Shown here: one piece after another, positions 28,135-37,318 of the stretch
Position numbering within the stretch: position 1 is the stretch's first letter
How the letters are laid out: each line of letters opens with the position of its first letter
Assembly (NCBI GenBank): GCA_023247445.1
Contig: JAHFGL010000004.1
Span: forward strand, 1,520 to 65,519
Direction of reading: 5' to 3'
From: Candidatus Omnitrophota bacterium
Lineage (GTDB): Bacteria > Omnitrophota > Gorgyraeia > Zapsychrales > Zapsychraceae
Length of the DNA: 64,000 bases
The notes under the pieces: generated by a model
The model's database searches: none
Seen by the model: the letters and a program-made list of their open reading frames with translations, nothing else
What the model was told of the DNA's origin: nothing
Program-made: the position numbers and the translations under genes

Positions 28135-28440
28135 ATGAGAATTAAAGCTCAGATTTTTTTCGTATTTTTAATTTCTTTTGTTTTGTGTTCAAGTGCGTTA
28201 GCAGCAAGCAAGTCGCGTAAGATTGCCCCTGTTGCCGATCCAAGTCGTCAAACATTGTTTAATAAAACGACGGATTTTATCGCAACGGCGGGTGAATCAC
28301 CCTCAAATAAACAACAGATATTGCGTGAGCGCCGAAAGAATCGTCGGGAAGCTCGGGTGAGTGCCCAGAATCGCAAGCAACGCGCCAAAACGCAAAAGCG
28401 ACTTAAGAAAGAGCAGCAAGTGATTATGAAGAAGTTGTAG
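28135..28440 (+). CDS. small secreted highly basic (K/R/Q-rich) protein
   Basis: Signal peptide, then ILRERRKNRREARVSAQNRKQRAKTQKRLKKEQQ. Strong RBS gggagaggaaagggag. Confidence 0.4.
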   Translation: MRIKAQIFFVFLISFVLCSSALAASKSRKIAPVADPSRQTLFNKTTDFIATAGESPSNKQQILRERRKNRREARVSAQNRKQRAKTQKRLKKEQQVIMKKL

Positions 28441-28454
28441 AGAAAGGCTTCAAA

Positions 28455-28820
28455 ATGAATGTTGCTGTCGTTGGAGCATCAAACAAACCTGATCGATATT
28501 CCTATCAGGCCGTCATGTTGTTAAAAGAGAAGGGGCATCAGGTTTATCCCGTGCATCCGCGCATCAAAGACATCGAAGGAATGGCCGTCTATCCATCAGT
28601 TAATGACATTAAAGATTCGATTGATACTATTTCAATGTATGTTGCTGCTGATGTCTCAATAGCCATGGCGGATGATTTATTAGCCAAGCATCCTCGGCGA
28701 ATTATTTTTAATCCCGGGGCTGAGAATTTGCCGCTGGAAGAACAGTTACGTTTAAAGGGAATCCAACCGATTAATGCGTGTACGCTGGTCATGCTACGCA
28801 CCAATCAATTCGACAAATGA
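28455..28820 (+). CDS. CoA-binding domain protein (YccU-like)
   Basis: NVAVVGASNKPDRYSYQAV...VYPVHP matches the CoA_binding_2 pattern. Confidence 0.7.
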   Translation: MNVAVVGASNKPDRYSYQAVMLLKEKGHQVYPVHPRIKDIEGMAVYPSVNDIKDSIDTISMYVAADVSIAMADDLLAKHPRRIIFNPGAENLPLEEQLRLKGIQPINACTLVMLRTNQFDK

Positions 28821-29722
28821 ACGCGATTACAATTTCTAACTTAAAGAAAACTTACGCCAATGGCACCCAGGCCTTAAAGGAAATTAACCTGGAGGTCACC
28901 GCTGGAGATTTTTTTGCTCTTCTTGGCGCCAACGGTGCGGGCAAGACGACCGTGATTGGAATTTTGACGAGCATTGTTAATAAGACTTCCGGGTCGGTTA
29001 AGATTTTTGATATTGATATCGAAAAAGATCATATGGCGGCAAAGAAAATGATTGGTGTTGTGCCGCAAGAAATGAATTTTAATATGTTTGAACAGGTCCA
29101 GGATATTGTGGTGGCCCAAGCTGGATATTTTGGGATTGATCATAAAACTGCGATCAGAGATTCTGAAATTATTTTAAAGCAAGTTGAGCTTTGGGAAAAA
29201 CGAAAATCTCCTTCACGAACGCTTTCTGGTGGGATGAAACGGCGCCTGATGATCGCCCGCGCGTTAATTAATAAACCAAAATTGTTGATTCTTGATGAAC
29301 CAACCGCCGGTGTTGATGTTGAGCTACGTTACGGCATGTGGGAGTATTTGCGGCAGTTAAACGCTCAAGGCACCACGATTCTTTTAACGACCCATTATTT
29401 AGAAGAAGTCGAACAGATGTGTAAAAACGCGGCGATTATTAAGACGGGCGAGATTATCAAATACGATCGTGTGAAAAATTTGCTTCAGCTCCTTGAACAA
29501 GAAACCTATGTAGTTCACGTTGAGAAAATTCAGGCTATCGAAACGATCAAGATGTATAACCCCAAAGTAATTGATGATACAACCTTTGAGGTCGATATCA
29601 GTAAGAAAGAGAGACTAAACGATTTTATTCTCAAGATTTCAAACGCAGGAATGATTGTCACGGATATTCGACCTAAAGGGAATCGATTAGAGAAGTTGTT
29701 TTTAAAGATACTGAAACAATAA
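28817..29722 (+). CDS. ABC transporter ATP-binding protein (ABC-2 type exporter subunit)
   Basis: Walker A GANGAGKTT, signature LSGGMKRRL, Walker B LILDEPTAGVD. ATGA overlap with the previous gene. Confidence 0.85.
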   Translation: MNAITISNLKKTYANGTQALKEINLEVTAGDFFALLGANGAGKTTVIGILTSIVNKTSGSVKIFDIDIEKDHMAAKKMIGVVPQEMNFNMFEQVQDIVVAQAGYFGIDHKTAIRDSEIILKQVELWEKRKSPSRTLSGGMKRRLMIARALINKPKLLILDEPTAGVDVELRYGMWEYLRQLNAQGTTILLTTHYLEEVEQMCKNAAIIKTGEIIKYDRVKNLLQLLEQETYVVHVEKIQAIETIKMYNPKVIDDTTFEVDISKKERLNDFILKISNAGMIVTDIRPKGNRLEKLFLKILKQ

Positions 29723-29726
29723 AGCA

Positions 29727-29850
29727 CCAATACACAAATTCCAAATACCAAACAATATGCAAATTCAAAATCCCAATGGCCAAAATTAACTTTTAGTTTT
29801 GTAGTTTGTTAATTGCAATTTGTTTGGTATTTGTGATTTGGATATTTTAA
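29727..29850. repeat. palindromic intergenic repeat, copy 2 (same family as 24827..24985), between ABC ATPase and permease genes
   Basis: Direct sequence comparison of the two copies. Confidence 0.6.
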
Positions 29851-29855
29851 AAAAC

Positions 29856-30629
29856 ATGACCTCCCAAGAAAATTATGTAGCCTATCAAACGATCATCCGT
29901 AAAGAAGTGGTGCGCTTTATGCGTATTTGGACGCAGACGCTTTTGCCGCCGGTAATTACGCAGACATTATATTTTATTATCTTTGGAAAATTTATTGGAT
30001 CTCAAATTGGCGGGATAAATGGAATCAGTTACATGTCGTTTATCGTGCCGGGGCTTGTCATGATGGCGATTATTAACAATTCCTTTGCCAACGTAGTTAG
30101 CTCTTTTTTTGGAGCGAAGTTTCAGCGCAGCGTTGAAGAGCTTTTGGTTTCATCAACGCCACACTGGATTATTCTTGCTGGATATGTCAGTGGGGGAGTT
30201 TTGCGCGGAGTTGTCGTGGGGACGCTGGTCTTTATTGTTTCTTTCTTCTTTACCGTTCCGCATATTTATCACCCTTTTTTAATTATTGTATTTATGGTTT
30301 TGACATCGATTCTTTTTTCTTTGGGAGGGTTTATTAATGCGATCTTTGCGAAGAAATTTGATGACGTGGCGATTTTTCCAACGTTTATCTTAACTCCGTT
30401 AAGTTATTTGGGCGGCGTTTTTTATTCTATTCACAGCTTGCCGGAGGTTTGGCAGAATCTTTCAAAATTAAATCCGATCCTTTATATGATTAATGGTTTT
30501 CGTTACGGATTTTATGGAATTTCAGATGTGAATGTTTCCGTTAGTATTCTAATTTTGATTACGCTCATCATCATTTTAGCGGTTTATAGTTTGGATCTCT
30601 TAAAGAAGGGAACCGGGCTGCGAAGTTAA
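29856..30629 (+). CDS. ABC-2 type transporter permease
   Basis: Six TM segments. Internal start after the repeat. Partner of the upstream ATPase. Confidence 0.75.
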   Translation: MTSQENYVAYQTIIRKEVVRFMRIWTQTLLPPVITQTLYFIIFGKFIGSQIGGINGISYMSFIVPGLVMMAIINNSFANVVSSFFGAKFQRSVEELLVSSTPHWIILAGYVSGGVLRGVVVGTLVFIVSFFFTVPHIYHPFLIIVFMVLTSILFSLGGFINAIFAKKFDDVAIFPTFILTPLSYLGGVFYSIHSLPEVWQNLSKLNPILYMINGFRYGFYGISDVNVSVSILILITLIIILAVYSLDLLKKGTGLRS

Positions 30630-30637
30630 CTAAGGAA

Positions 30638-30690
30638 AGTCGATGCGGGCATCCAATTAGATTCCCGCTTAAAGCATGCGGGAATGACAA
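30638..30690. repeat. short derivative of the 3811..3970 element (cgatgcgggcatcc...attcccgcttaaagcatgcgggaatgacaa); looks like the two ends joined with the internal approx 110 bp missing
   Basis: 26-bp identity with 3945..3970. The inverted repeat ATTCCCGC-N10-GCGGGAAT is intact. Confidence 0.55.
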
Positions 30691-30707
30691 TCTTGGGATA
30701 ATTTCTA

Positions 30708-31736
30708 ATGAAAACTAATACTTTTAAATTAGCGTTAATCATTTTTGTTTCTCTGTTTATTTTGATTTTTGGTTTTGGGTATTATCTCTTAAACAGCTCG
30801 TGGTTTTGGGAAAAACTCGCCGTAAGTCTGATCAAGCAAGGGGGAAAAGAAGTCCAATCCGCCCAACTGAGCATCCAAAAAACAAATTTTAATCTGCCGA
30901 CAAAATTAATCTTAGAGGATGTTAAATTAAAGATTAAGATTCAAGAAGTGTCATACACAATTGATCTTAGCGGGCTCACCATTGATGCGAATTCCTTTAT
31001 CGTAGGCCGGGACAAAAAGATTGACCTTAATTTAAGCGGCCTAAGAATTGAATCATCAGTGGCTAATCTAAAAGACGCCAATATGGTGTTGGCCGTATCT
31101 TTCGAGAAGAATTTATTGAAAAGTTTAAAGGGCACTTTAAAAATCGCCTCGGCTGATTCGAATAAATATGTTTTAACCAATATTTCTGCCGATATCACGG
31201 GCGACCAAAAGAATATTGTTTTAGATAATTTCTTGGCGAGTTCTTATAACGGAGAGGTGAAAGGTAAGATTACACTAGCCTATCAACCGGCTGTTACGTA
31301 TGATATAGCCCTAGCGATCAAAGATGTCGATTTAACGGCGATGCGGGCCGCTAACATGGAGGTTTTTTCTCAGGTGCGTGGAAAGTTACAGGGAGATGTT
31401 GAATTAAAAGGTGAACCTGCTAAAATTCATTCCATCATCATGAACCTGGAGATACCTCAGGAGGGCCAAGTTAAGGCGCGGCTTCTTAAACCATTTTTTG
31501 ATTACATTCCGCAGAGCACGCAGAAAAAAGATTTAGAACTTTTGATGAAGGTTGACGGACTTGTGGCGCTGGACAAAGCCGTCCTTGCGCTAAAGAGTTC
31601 AAGCGAAGAGAAGCTAAGTACAACGATCGGACTTGAGAGCAAACGATTTAATTTAGATACACATTTAACAGTTGATTTTAATATTGAAGGTGGGCTTCAA
31701 AATTTGTTTGTTTTTCTACAGAAATTTCTTCAATAA
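30708..31736 (+). CDS. hypothetical membrane-anchored protein, possibly miniature AsmA/YdbH-like
   Basis: N-terminal TM, beta-rich. Assignment rests on gene order ahead of ynbE-like and ydbL-like genes. Confidence 0.35.
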   Translation: MKTNTFKLALIIFVSLFILIFGFGYYLLNSSWFWEKLAVSLIKQGGKEVQSAQLSIQKTNFNLPTKLILEDVKLKIKIQEVSYTIDLSGLTIDANSFIVGRDKKIDLNLSGLRIESSVANLKDANMVLAVSFEKNLLKSLKGTLKIASADSNKYVLTNISADITGDQKNIVLDNFLASSYNGEVKGKITLAYQPAVTYDIALAIKDVDLTAMRAANMEVFSQVRGKLQGDVELKGEPAKIHSIIMNLEIPQEGQVKARLLKPFFDYIPQSTQKKDLELLMKVDGLVALDKAVLALKSSSEEKLSTTIGLESKRFNLDTHLTVDFNIEGGLQNLFVFLQKFLQ

Positions 31737-31746
31737 TGGAGGCGAC

Positions 31747-31977
31747 ATGATGGAAATAAAACAAAAGAATATGTTGGCGCTGGTATCGATCTTTGGGCTT
31801 CTGACAGCCGTGGGATGTACGGTCAAAGCTGTCGGTGATCCAAAACGGCCGATTACAATCGATGCCCATATTACCGTTGATATCAAGGGACTGCAGAATA
31901 CAGCAACCGATATCGAAGATTTTGTCAGTGGTCAGAAATCTAAAGAAAGTTTACCTGTCGATCAAGGAGGAAAATAA
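31747..31977 (+). CDS. YnbE-like small lipoprotein
   Basis: Lipobox LLTAVGCTV, then KAVGDPKRPITIDAHITVDIKGLQ, resembling YnbE. RBS ggagg. Confidence 0.55.
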   Translation: MMEIKQKNMLALVSIFGLLTAVGCTVKAVGDPKRPITIDAHITVDIKGLQNTATDIEDFVSGQKSKESLPVDQGGK

Positions 31978-31978
31978 T

Positions 31979-32392
31979 ATGTTTAGAAAGACATTATTAA
32001 TTGTATTAAGTGCATGTTTACTTGCCGTTAGTTATAATCACGTCGTTTTGGCTCAAGGAAAATATAGTATTAAAGAAATGACGCCACAGGTTCAAGGCGC
32101 CCTTGAGAATCGCCGTGATCGTTTTGATAAACTCAAAGAATTAAAAGCTAGTGGGGCTATTGGGGAGAATAATCAGGGGTACGTTCAAGTTTTAGCGAAG
32201 GGCGAGGGCGCGGATGAAATTGTTTCAGCAGAAAATGCTGATCGAAAACTTATCTATGAAGCAATTGCCAAACAAAATGAACTTCAAGGGGCACTTGATA
32301 CCATTGAAAAAGTTTTTGCACAGGTGCAACGCGATAAAGCTACCGCTGGGGATAAGATTCAAACTGAAGCAGGTGATTGGATTACAAAATAG
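31979..32392 (+). CDS. YdbL-like (DUF1318) periplasmic protein
   Basis: GENNQGYVQVL...IVSAENADRKLIYEAIA...GDWITK matches the DUF1318 pattern. RBS aaggagg. Confidence 0.6.
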   Translation: MFRKTLLIVLSACLLAVSYNHVVLAQGKYSIKEMTPQVQGALENRRDRFDKLKELKASGAIGENNQGYVQVLAKGEGADEIVSAENADRKLIYEAIAKQNELQGALDTIEKVFAQVQRDKATAGDKIQTEAGDWITK

Positions 32393-32399
32393 TTTGTCT

Positions 32400-33791
32400 T
32401 TATCGTGATTTGCGTTGGCCGAGGAATTGATTTGTCGCCACGGCAATTATAATCAAATAAAGCGGCACCAGTGGCAGCGCATAGCGCGGAAGAATATAGA
32501 AGAAGGAATGTACTGCGATAAATAGAATTATAAGGGCAAGGATTAGCCCTAACCGTTCAATGTGGCCATTCTTTTTCTCGATGAAGGTAAGTTGTAGAGT
32601 GTAGAAAAGCGAAAGTATTGTTAGAAGGGCCATTAGAAAACTTAGCCCATAGCTAAACACCTGCCGATCATAAAGTTTTTGCAACCAACTTGGATATGCG
32701 ACAAATCCTATCTGTGTTGATTCCCAAAAAAGCATTTTAGCGCCTTCCACTAAACCTAGTCCCGCCGCTTGGAGAGGATTCACAAGCATTTTTCCTATCG
32801 CTAATTTAATTAATGTCTGATCAGCTTTTTGTGCGGGTAAGTGATAACTCTCAAGTTCCTGTCTTTTCTCTGCACCTAAGTCATCGGAGATTCGCCACGA
32901 CCAAAAGGCACATCGGTCCTTCCCTAATGCTTTTTGACAGAACTGTTCACCAGGAATAAAGGCGGCCGCACTTTGCATTCGTTGGTTGTTTAATTTTTCC
33001 ATCCGGCGGGCGATGTTGCCATAAAGCGCCCACGCGCCGCGATCAGTTAAGGCAAAGTGTCCATTATATTTTTGGTTGGCAGACTTATAGAGAAAGACGG
33101 GAATTTCAAAACTGAAAATAAAGATAAGAAAGAAGATCGCCATTTTAAGACCTAATCGGCGGTTTTTGATCGCGTAGATAATACAAATAAGAAAGAATGC
33201 TGGTGTAATGATTTCAAAAATGGCTTTTGTTAAAGTCAAAAGAAAGAATAAAATGCCCCACACAAAAGCTAGGAGATAATCTTTCTTTGAGTTTAGCTGG
33301 GAGAGTTTTTCAACGGACACGTAGCCTACAATAATCGTCGCGAGAATCAAGGGATAACTTGCGATCTCTGAGAAAAGGCTGCACGCAGAATTGATAACTG
33401 CTGGAGAAAATCCAAAATAAAAAAGAGTAACGGTCTGGATGATCGGATGGATTTGAAATTTTCTTAAAATTTTTAGTAGAAGTAGTTGGCTTATAAATAG
33501 AATACAAAATTGAAAGAATATTTGGATCGAAAGATAAGAGACAGAAAGAATATCGGCGAGGCGCATGGATAATGAGATAAGAATTGGATAAACAGGCTCG
33601 CGGTTTGGGCCTGTTTTAAAATATTCAATCCAGCCTTCTTTATAGAGAAGGGAGCCAAGATGCTCATAACCCAAAGCGTCATGGACCAAGATGGGCTGCG
33701 TTGTTGAGGCGAGATAGAGCCAGTAGATGACACAACAGATGATTGCAACCAGGGGTGTCTTTTGAATCCAGGAGGATTGTTTCGATAACAT
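32400..33791 (-). CDS. GT39/GT83-like (ArnT/PMT-type) integral membrane glycosyltransferase
   Basis: N-terminal loop HDALGYEHLGSLLYKEGWIEYFKTGPNREPVYPIL. Approx 11 TM helices. Confidence 0.5.
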   Translation of the reverse strand: MLSKQSSWIQKTPLVAIICCVIYWLYLASTTQPILVHDALGYEHLGSLLYKEGWIEYFKTGPNREPVYPILISLSMRLADILSVSYLSIQIFFQFCILFISQLLLLKILRKFQIHPIIQTVTLFYFGFSPAVINSACSLFSEIASYPLILATIIVGYVSVEKLSQLNSKKDYLLAFVWGILFFLLTLTKAIFEIITPAFFLICIIYAIKNRRLGLKMAIFFLIFIFSFEIPVFLYKSANQKYNGHFALTDRGAWALYGNIARRMEKLNNQRMQSAAAFIPGEQFCQKALGKDRCAFWSWRISDDLGAEKRQELESYHLPAQKADQTLIKLAIGKMLVNPLQAAGLGLVEGAKMLFWESTQIGFVAYPSWLQKLYDRQVFSYGLSFLMALLTILSLFYTLQLTFIEKKNGHIERLGLILALIILFIAVHSFFYILPRYALPLVPLYLIIIAVATNQFLGQRKSR

Positions 33792-33868
33792 TTTTTAGTT
33801 CTCTTGTTTGACTTGCCTCAACGATTTCATTAGTATACAAGAGGTTCAAATAATAGGAAATATCATTT

Positions 33869-34690
33869 ATGAAAACAAAGCTCGATTCTTCGATTCCTAT
33901 TCGTCGTTTAGGAATTGGTTTTATTTTGGTCATAGTCTTTTTTATTTTTGTTCTGATCATCCGAGGCGAATATCCAAAATTAAGAGACCAATTGGCGCAT
34001 TGTAAAATATTTACTGGACTTATTCAAACGCAAGAAGATGTTCACAAACGCGCTCAATACATCACGGTTGATTATTTTACGCCCTCCTTTGAAAGTCTTA
34101 ATCAGTTTGTTGCCAGCCGTGGGAAGACCTCTATTGGTAATTTAGAACAATACGAAAATTATTATACAAAAATGATTGCGGCTTTCCCTAAGATGGCGGA
34201 GGCGTATGCGATGCTGGGCTTTGTTGATTATTATTTAGGGAAAGAAGAAGCGGCTATTGGGTCTTTTCAAAAGGCTACGGAACTCAATCCATATTTGTTC
34301 CCCGCGTATTACAATCTTGGTGTTATTTATTTTAAAAATCATAATTATGCAGAATCTTTATTATTTTTTAAAAAAGCCGTTACGATTAGTCCCGAGATAA
34401 CTTTTAAAATTGTCAAATCCTCCAAGCTCTATCAAGATCTTATTGTTAATCCCAAAACACATGCGGTCACCGTACCTGATTTAAACAAAAGTTATTTGGA
34501 GGGGTATAAACTTTTGGTGGCGGATTGTTATTATCTGAAGAATACAAAAGCCATGAATACCATTGCGCAGCATGCGCTGGACTTAAAGTTGGGAGAGGCC
34601 AATTTTTTTAGTCGTTATATGAATTTAGATTTAGAAAAAGAACCTGGCCCGAGTCCCGAGGTTGATAATATTACAGTGCAGATTTTTTAA
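33869..34690 (+). CDS. TPR-repeat protein with N-terminal TM anchor
   Basis: TPR units AEAYAMLGFVDYYLGKEEAAIGSFQKATELNP / YLFPAYYNLGVIYFKNHNYAESLLFFKKAV. Confidence 0.7.
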   Translation: MKTKLDSSIPIRRLGIGFILVIVFFIFVLIIRGEYPKLRDQLAHCKIFTGLIQTQEDVHKRAQYITVDYFTPSFESLNQFVASRGKTSIGNLEQYENYYTKMIAAFPKMAEAYAMLGFVDYYLGKEEAAIGSFQKATELNPYLFPAYYNLGVIYFKNHNYAESLLFFKKAVTISPEITFKIVKSSKLYQDLIVNPKTHAVTVPDLNKSYLEGYKLLVADCYYLKNTKAMNTIAQHALDLKLGEANFFSRYMNLDLEKEPGPSPEVDNITVQIF

Positions 34691-34755
34691 ATTATTGTTA
34701 AAGAAAGAAATATTCGCCTTATAATAAAGACCATTGAACGCGAAGAAGAGGGATT

Positions 34756-34941
34756 ATGAAATCAAAAAATATTTTTATTGTTCTTTTAAGCGTTCTGCTG
34801 ATTATAATTTTGTTTCAAAACACTCAGGTTGTTGCTTTTCAGTTTTTACTTTGGAAAATCACCGCTTCACGGATTTTCTTGATTTTATTAGGGATAATCG
34901 TGGGCTTTATGTTTGGGCTTTTCGCCAGTAAGAAATTATAG
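34756..34941 (+). CDS. small two-TM membrane protein, LapA/DUF1049-like
   Basis: 61 aa with two hydrophobic helices. RBS gaagaggga. Family call tentative. Confidence 0.4.
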   Translation: MKSKNIFIVLLSVLLIIILFQNTQVVAFQFLLWKITASRIFLILLGIIVGFMFGLFASKKL

Positions 34942-34952
34942 GAATTTGAATC

Positions 34953-36017
34953 ATGACGAGTGCCGCTAAAAAATTATCGCAAACCGCAGGGCTCCCCCCG
35001 GGGACGCTTGTTTACGTTGGCGATCACAAAAAACAAACCGCACGTATTACTTTGTTCGATTTCGATGTGAATCAATATAAAGAACAGGAAATTTTTTCTG
35101 TTGAAGAATGTTTTCCCTTCAAAGATTCAGAAACCATTACGTGGATAAATATTGATGGTTTGCATGATGTGGACGTCATTGAAAAGATTGATAGTCGTTT
35201 TGGTATTCATCCACTGGTATTGGAAGATATTTTAAACACTGAGCAACGTCCCAAGATTGAAGATTATGGAGATTACGTCTTTATTACATTAAAAATGTTT
35301 AATTATAATCCGGAGTTAGATGAGGTTACGCCAGAGCAGATTAGTATGATATTCGGGTCTAATTATGTTATTACATTTCAGGAATCGCAAGGAGATAGCT
35401 TTAATCCAATTCGTGATCGAATTAGAAACAATAAAGGCCGCGTGCGTAGAATGGGCGCGGATTATTTAGCCTATGCTTTGCTGGACACAATTATCGATGA
35501 TTATTTTGTTATTCTTGAGCGCTTAGGCGAAAAGATTGAACTATTTGAAGATCAGTTAATGGGAGATACGGATAATACTTGGCCACATAAAATTCATCAG
35601 CTCAAACGAGAAGTTATTTTGCTTAGAAGATATATTTGGCCTTTGCGAGAGGTGGTTGGTGGATTCCAACGTATTGAATCAAATTTAATTAACAAAGCGA
35701 CAGGAATCTTTTTGCGCGATGCCTATGATCATACCATTCAAGTCATGGACACCATTGAGTCCTATCGCGATATGCTTTCTGGAATGCATGATGTGTATCT
35801 TTCGAGCCTAAGTATCCGAATGAACGAGGTTATGAAGTTTTTAACAATCTTTACCGCTATTTTTAGTCCACTTACATTTTTAGCTGGAATTTATGGGATG
35901 AATTTCCAACATATGCCTGAACTGCATTGGGTTTGGGGATATCCTTTCATTTTGGTTATTATGGCCACGATTACTTCTTTAATGCTTATTTATTTCAAAC
36001 AAAAGAAATGGCTTTAA
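34953..36017 (+). CDS. corA: CorA magnesium/cobalt transporter
   Basis: C-terminal two TM helices with the YGMNF signature loop. Confidence 0.9.
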   Translation: MTSAAKKLSQTAGLPPGTLVYVGDHKKQTARITLFDFDVNQYKEQEIFSVEECFPFKDSETITWINIDGLHDVDVIEKIDSRFGIHPLVLEDILNTEQRPKIEDYGDYVFITLKMFNYNPELDEVTPEQISMIFGSNYVITFQESQGDSFNPIRDRIRNNKGRVRRMGADYLAYALLDTIIDDYFVILERLGEKIELFEDQLMGDTDNTWPHKIHQLKREVILLRRYIWPLREVVGGFQRIESNLINKATGIFLRDAYDHTIQVMDTIESYRDMLSGMHDVYLSSLSIRMNEVMKFLTIFTAIFSPLTFLAGIYGMNFQHMPELHWVWGYPFILVIMATITSLMLIYFKQKKWL

Positions 36018-36037
36018 TTTCTATTTCTGTCCTTAGT

Positions 36038-36064
36038 TGTCCTACCTTGTCCCATTGACAATCC
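36038..36064 (+). promoter_or_regulatory. conserved upstream motif tgtcctaccttgtcccattgacaatcc with palindrome TTGTC-N4-TGACAA overlapping a -35 TTGACA (putative -10 TATCTT 17 bp downstream)
   Basis: Near-identical motif at 38535..38560 upstream of the third PEP-CTERM gene. Confidence 0.45.
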
Positions 36065-36121
36065 TCTTCTTATAGATTATCTTTCATCTATCTTTCAAAT
36101 TATTAGATTTGCGTAAAGCCA

Positions 36122-37249
36122 ATGAAAAAAACCTTAATTTATTTATGTTTTAATTTATTCCTTTTGGGGAGTTCGCTTCCTGCCTATGCCGGGGGAGGAC
36201 TGCCACCAGGGCCAAATTACAACAATCTTGATTTTACGGACTTTGTGGTTTTTGGCGGCGGGCATACTATTTTAGGCCGTGGAGTCAGCGCTGATGATAA
36301 TGAACCCGATGATCCAGATGATCCGATTATTATTAACGGAGCCTTGGTTGGTAGTAATGGCAATATTGAAGTTCGTGGTAAATCTCAAACCGAGGCCATT
36401 GTTACCAATGGTGATATTTTGCTTGGTAATCATGTGAGAGTAGATGGGGATGTGATTGTTAATGGGGATGTGGATTTAAATCTCGATGCTCAAGTTGGTG
36501 GTGATATTGAGGCGGGAGGGAAGGTTCATTTAGGAAGACATTCAGTAGTTTCTGGCGATGTCACCGCGGGTGGTGATATTGATTTAGAAAAATTTTCTAG
36601 CATTGGTGGAACAGCTTCAGAATTTAGCACGCCGCTAACCTATTCACCTATTACGTTACCCCCTTCAACAGCCTTTGGAATAGGTACTCTCGATGTGACG
36701 AAAGGCTCAGGTAATACAACAACACTTTTACCGGGATCATATGATGATATTACTTTGGGAGCTTCCAATGTTTTGAATCTTCAAGGCGGCAAATATTATA
36801 TGGATAATCTTAATTTGGGAGAGTTTAGTACAATTAATATTGATCTAACTAGCGGCGAGTTTGAAATGTATGTTCTTCATGATGTAACGATTGGACGATA
36901 TACGAATATGTTTTTAACCGGTGGCGAAGCTGATCAAGTTTATATAGAGGTAGGAAGAAAATGGCTTTCGCGAGGCCATAGCAATCTTTATGGGACTGTT
37001 TTTTCACATGGTGATTTGCAGATTGGTCGAAAGACAAATTGGACGGGCGCATTATATGCCGGGGATGTCTTAAGAATTCGCGGAGGAAGTAATATCAATT
37101 TTGATTTATATTGTGGTTTTGAAGGGGATTTAGCTTGTGAGGATGTACCACCACAGACATCAGCTGTTCCTGAACCGACGACGATCGCTTTATTGGCCTC
37201 TGGTTTATTGGCCGCCTCAAGATTAAAGAAATTGAAGAAACTTGCCTAA
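36122..37249 (+). CDS. PEP-CTERM protein, paralog 1: signal peptide, bactofilin-like beta-helical repeats, ice-binding-like (DUF3494-like) C-terminal half, PEP-CTERM anchor
   Basis: C-terminus SAVPEPTTIALLASGLLAASRLKKLKKLA. Repeats GDVIVNGDVDL.. / GDIEAGG / GDVTAGGDIDL. Blocks LYGTVFSHGD...TGALYA. Confidence 0.8.
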   Translation: MKKTLIYLCFNLFLLGSSLPAYAGGGLPPGPNYNNLDFTDFVVFGGGHTILGRGVSADDNEPDDPDDPIIINGALVGSNGNIEVRGKSQTEAIVTNGDILLGNHVRVDGDVIVNGDVDLNLDAQVGGDIEAGGKVHLGRHSVVSGDVTAGGDIDLEKFSSIGGTASEFSTPLTYSPITLPPSTAFGIGTLDVTKGSGNTTTLLPGSYDDITLGASNVLNLQGGKYYMDNLNLGEFSTINIDLTSGEFEMYVLHDVTIGRYTNMFLTGGEADQVYIEVGRKWLSRGHSNLYGTVFSHGDLQIGRKTNWTGALYAGDVLRIRGGSNINFDLYCGFEGDLACEDVPPQTSAVPEPTTIALLASGLLAASRLKKLKKLA

Positions 37250-37318
37250 TATTATGTTTTATCTTTTAGCCATCGATACATTCTAGGAATATAAATTAAG
37301 AAAATATAAAGGTTAAAA

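Noticed and set aside
31672-31746. Upstream extension of the YnbE-like ORF (start at 31672)
   Set aside because: The extension would overlap the preceding gene by 65 nt and encodes a non-lipoprotein N-terminus. An internal ATG with RBS ggagg gives a proper lipobox signal peptide.
34734-34931. 65-aa ORF overlapping the LapA-like small membrane ORF
   Set aside because: It overlaps 34756..34941 in another frame and lacks an RBS. The membrane-protein frame has a good RBS and coherent two-TM topology.
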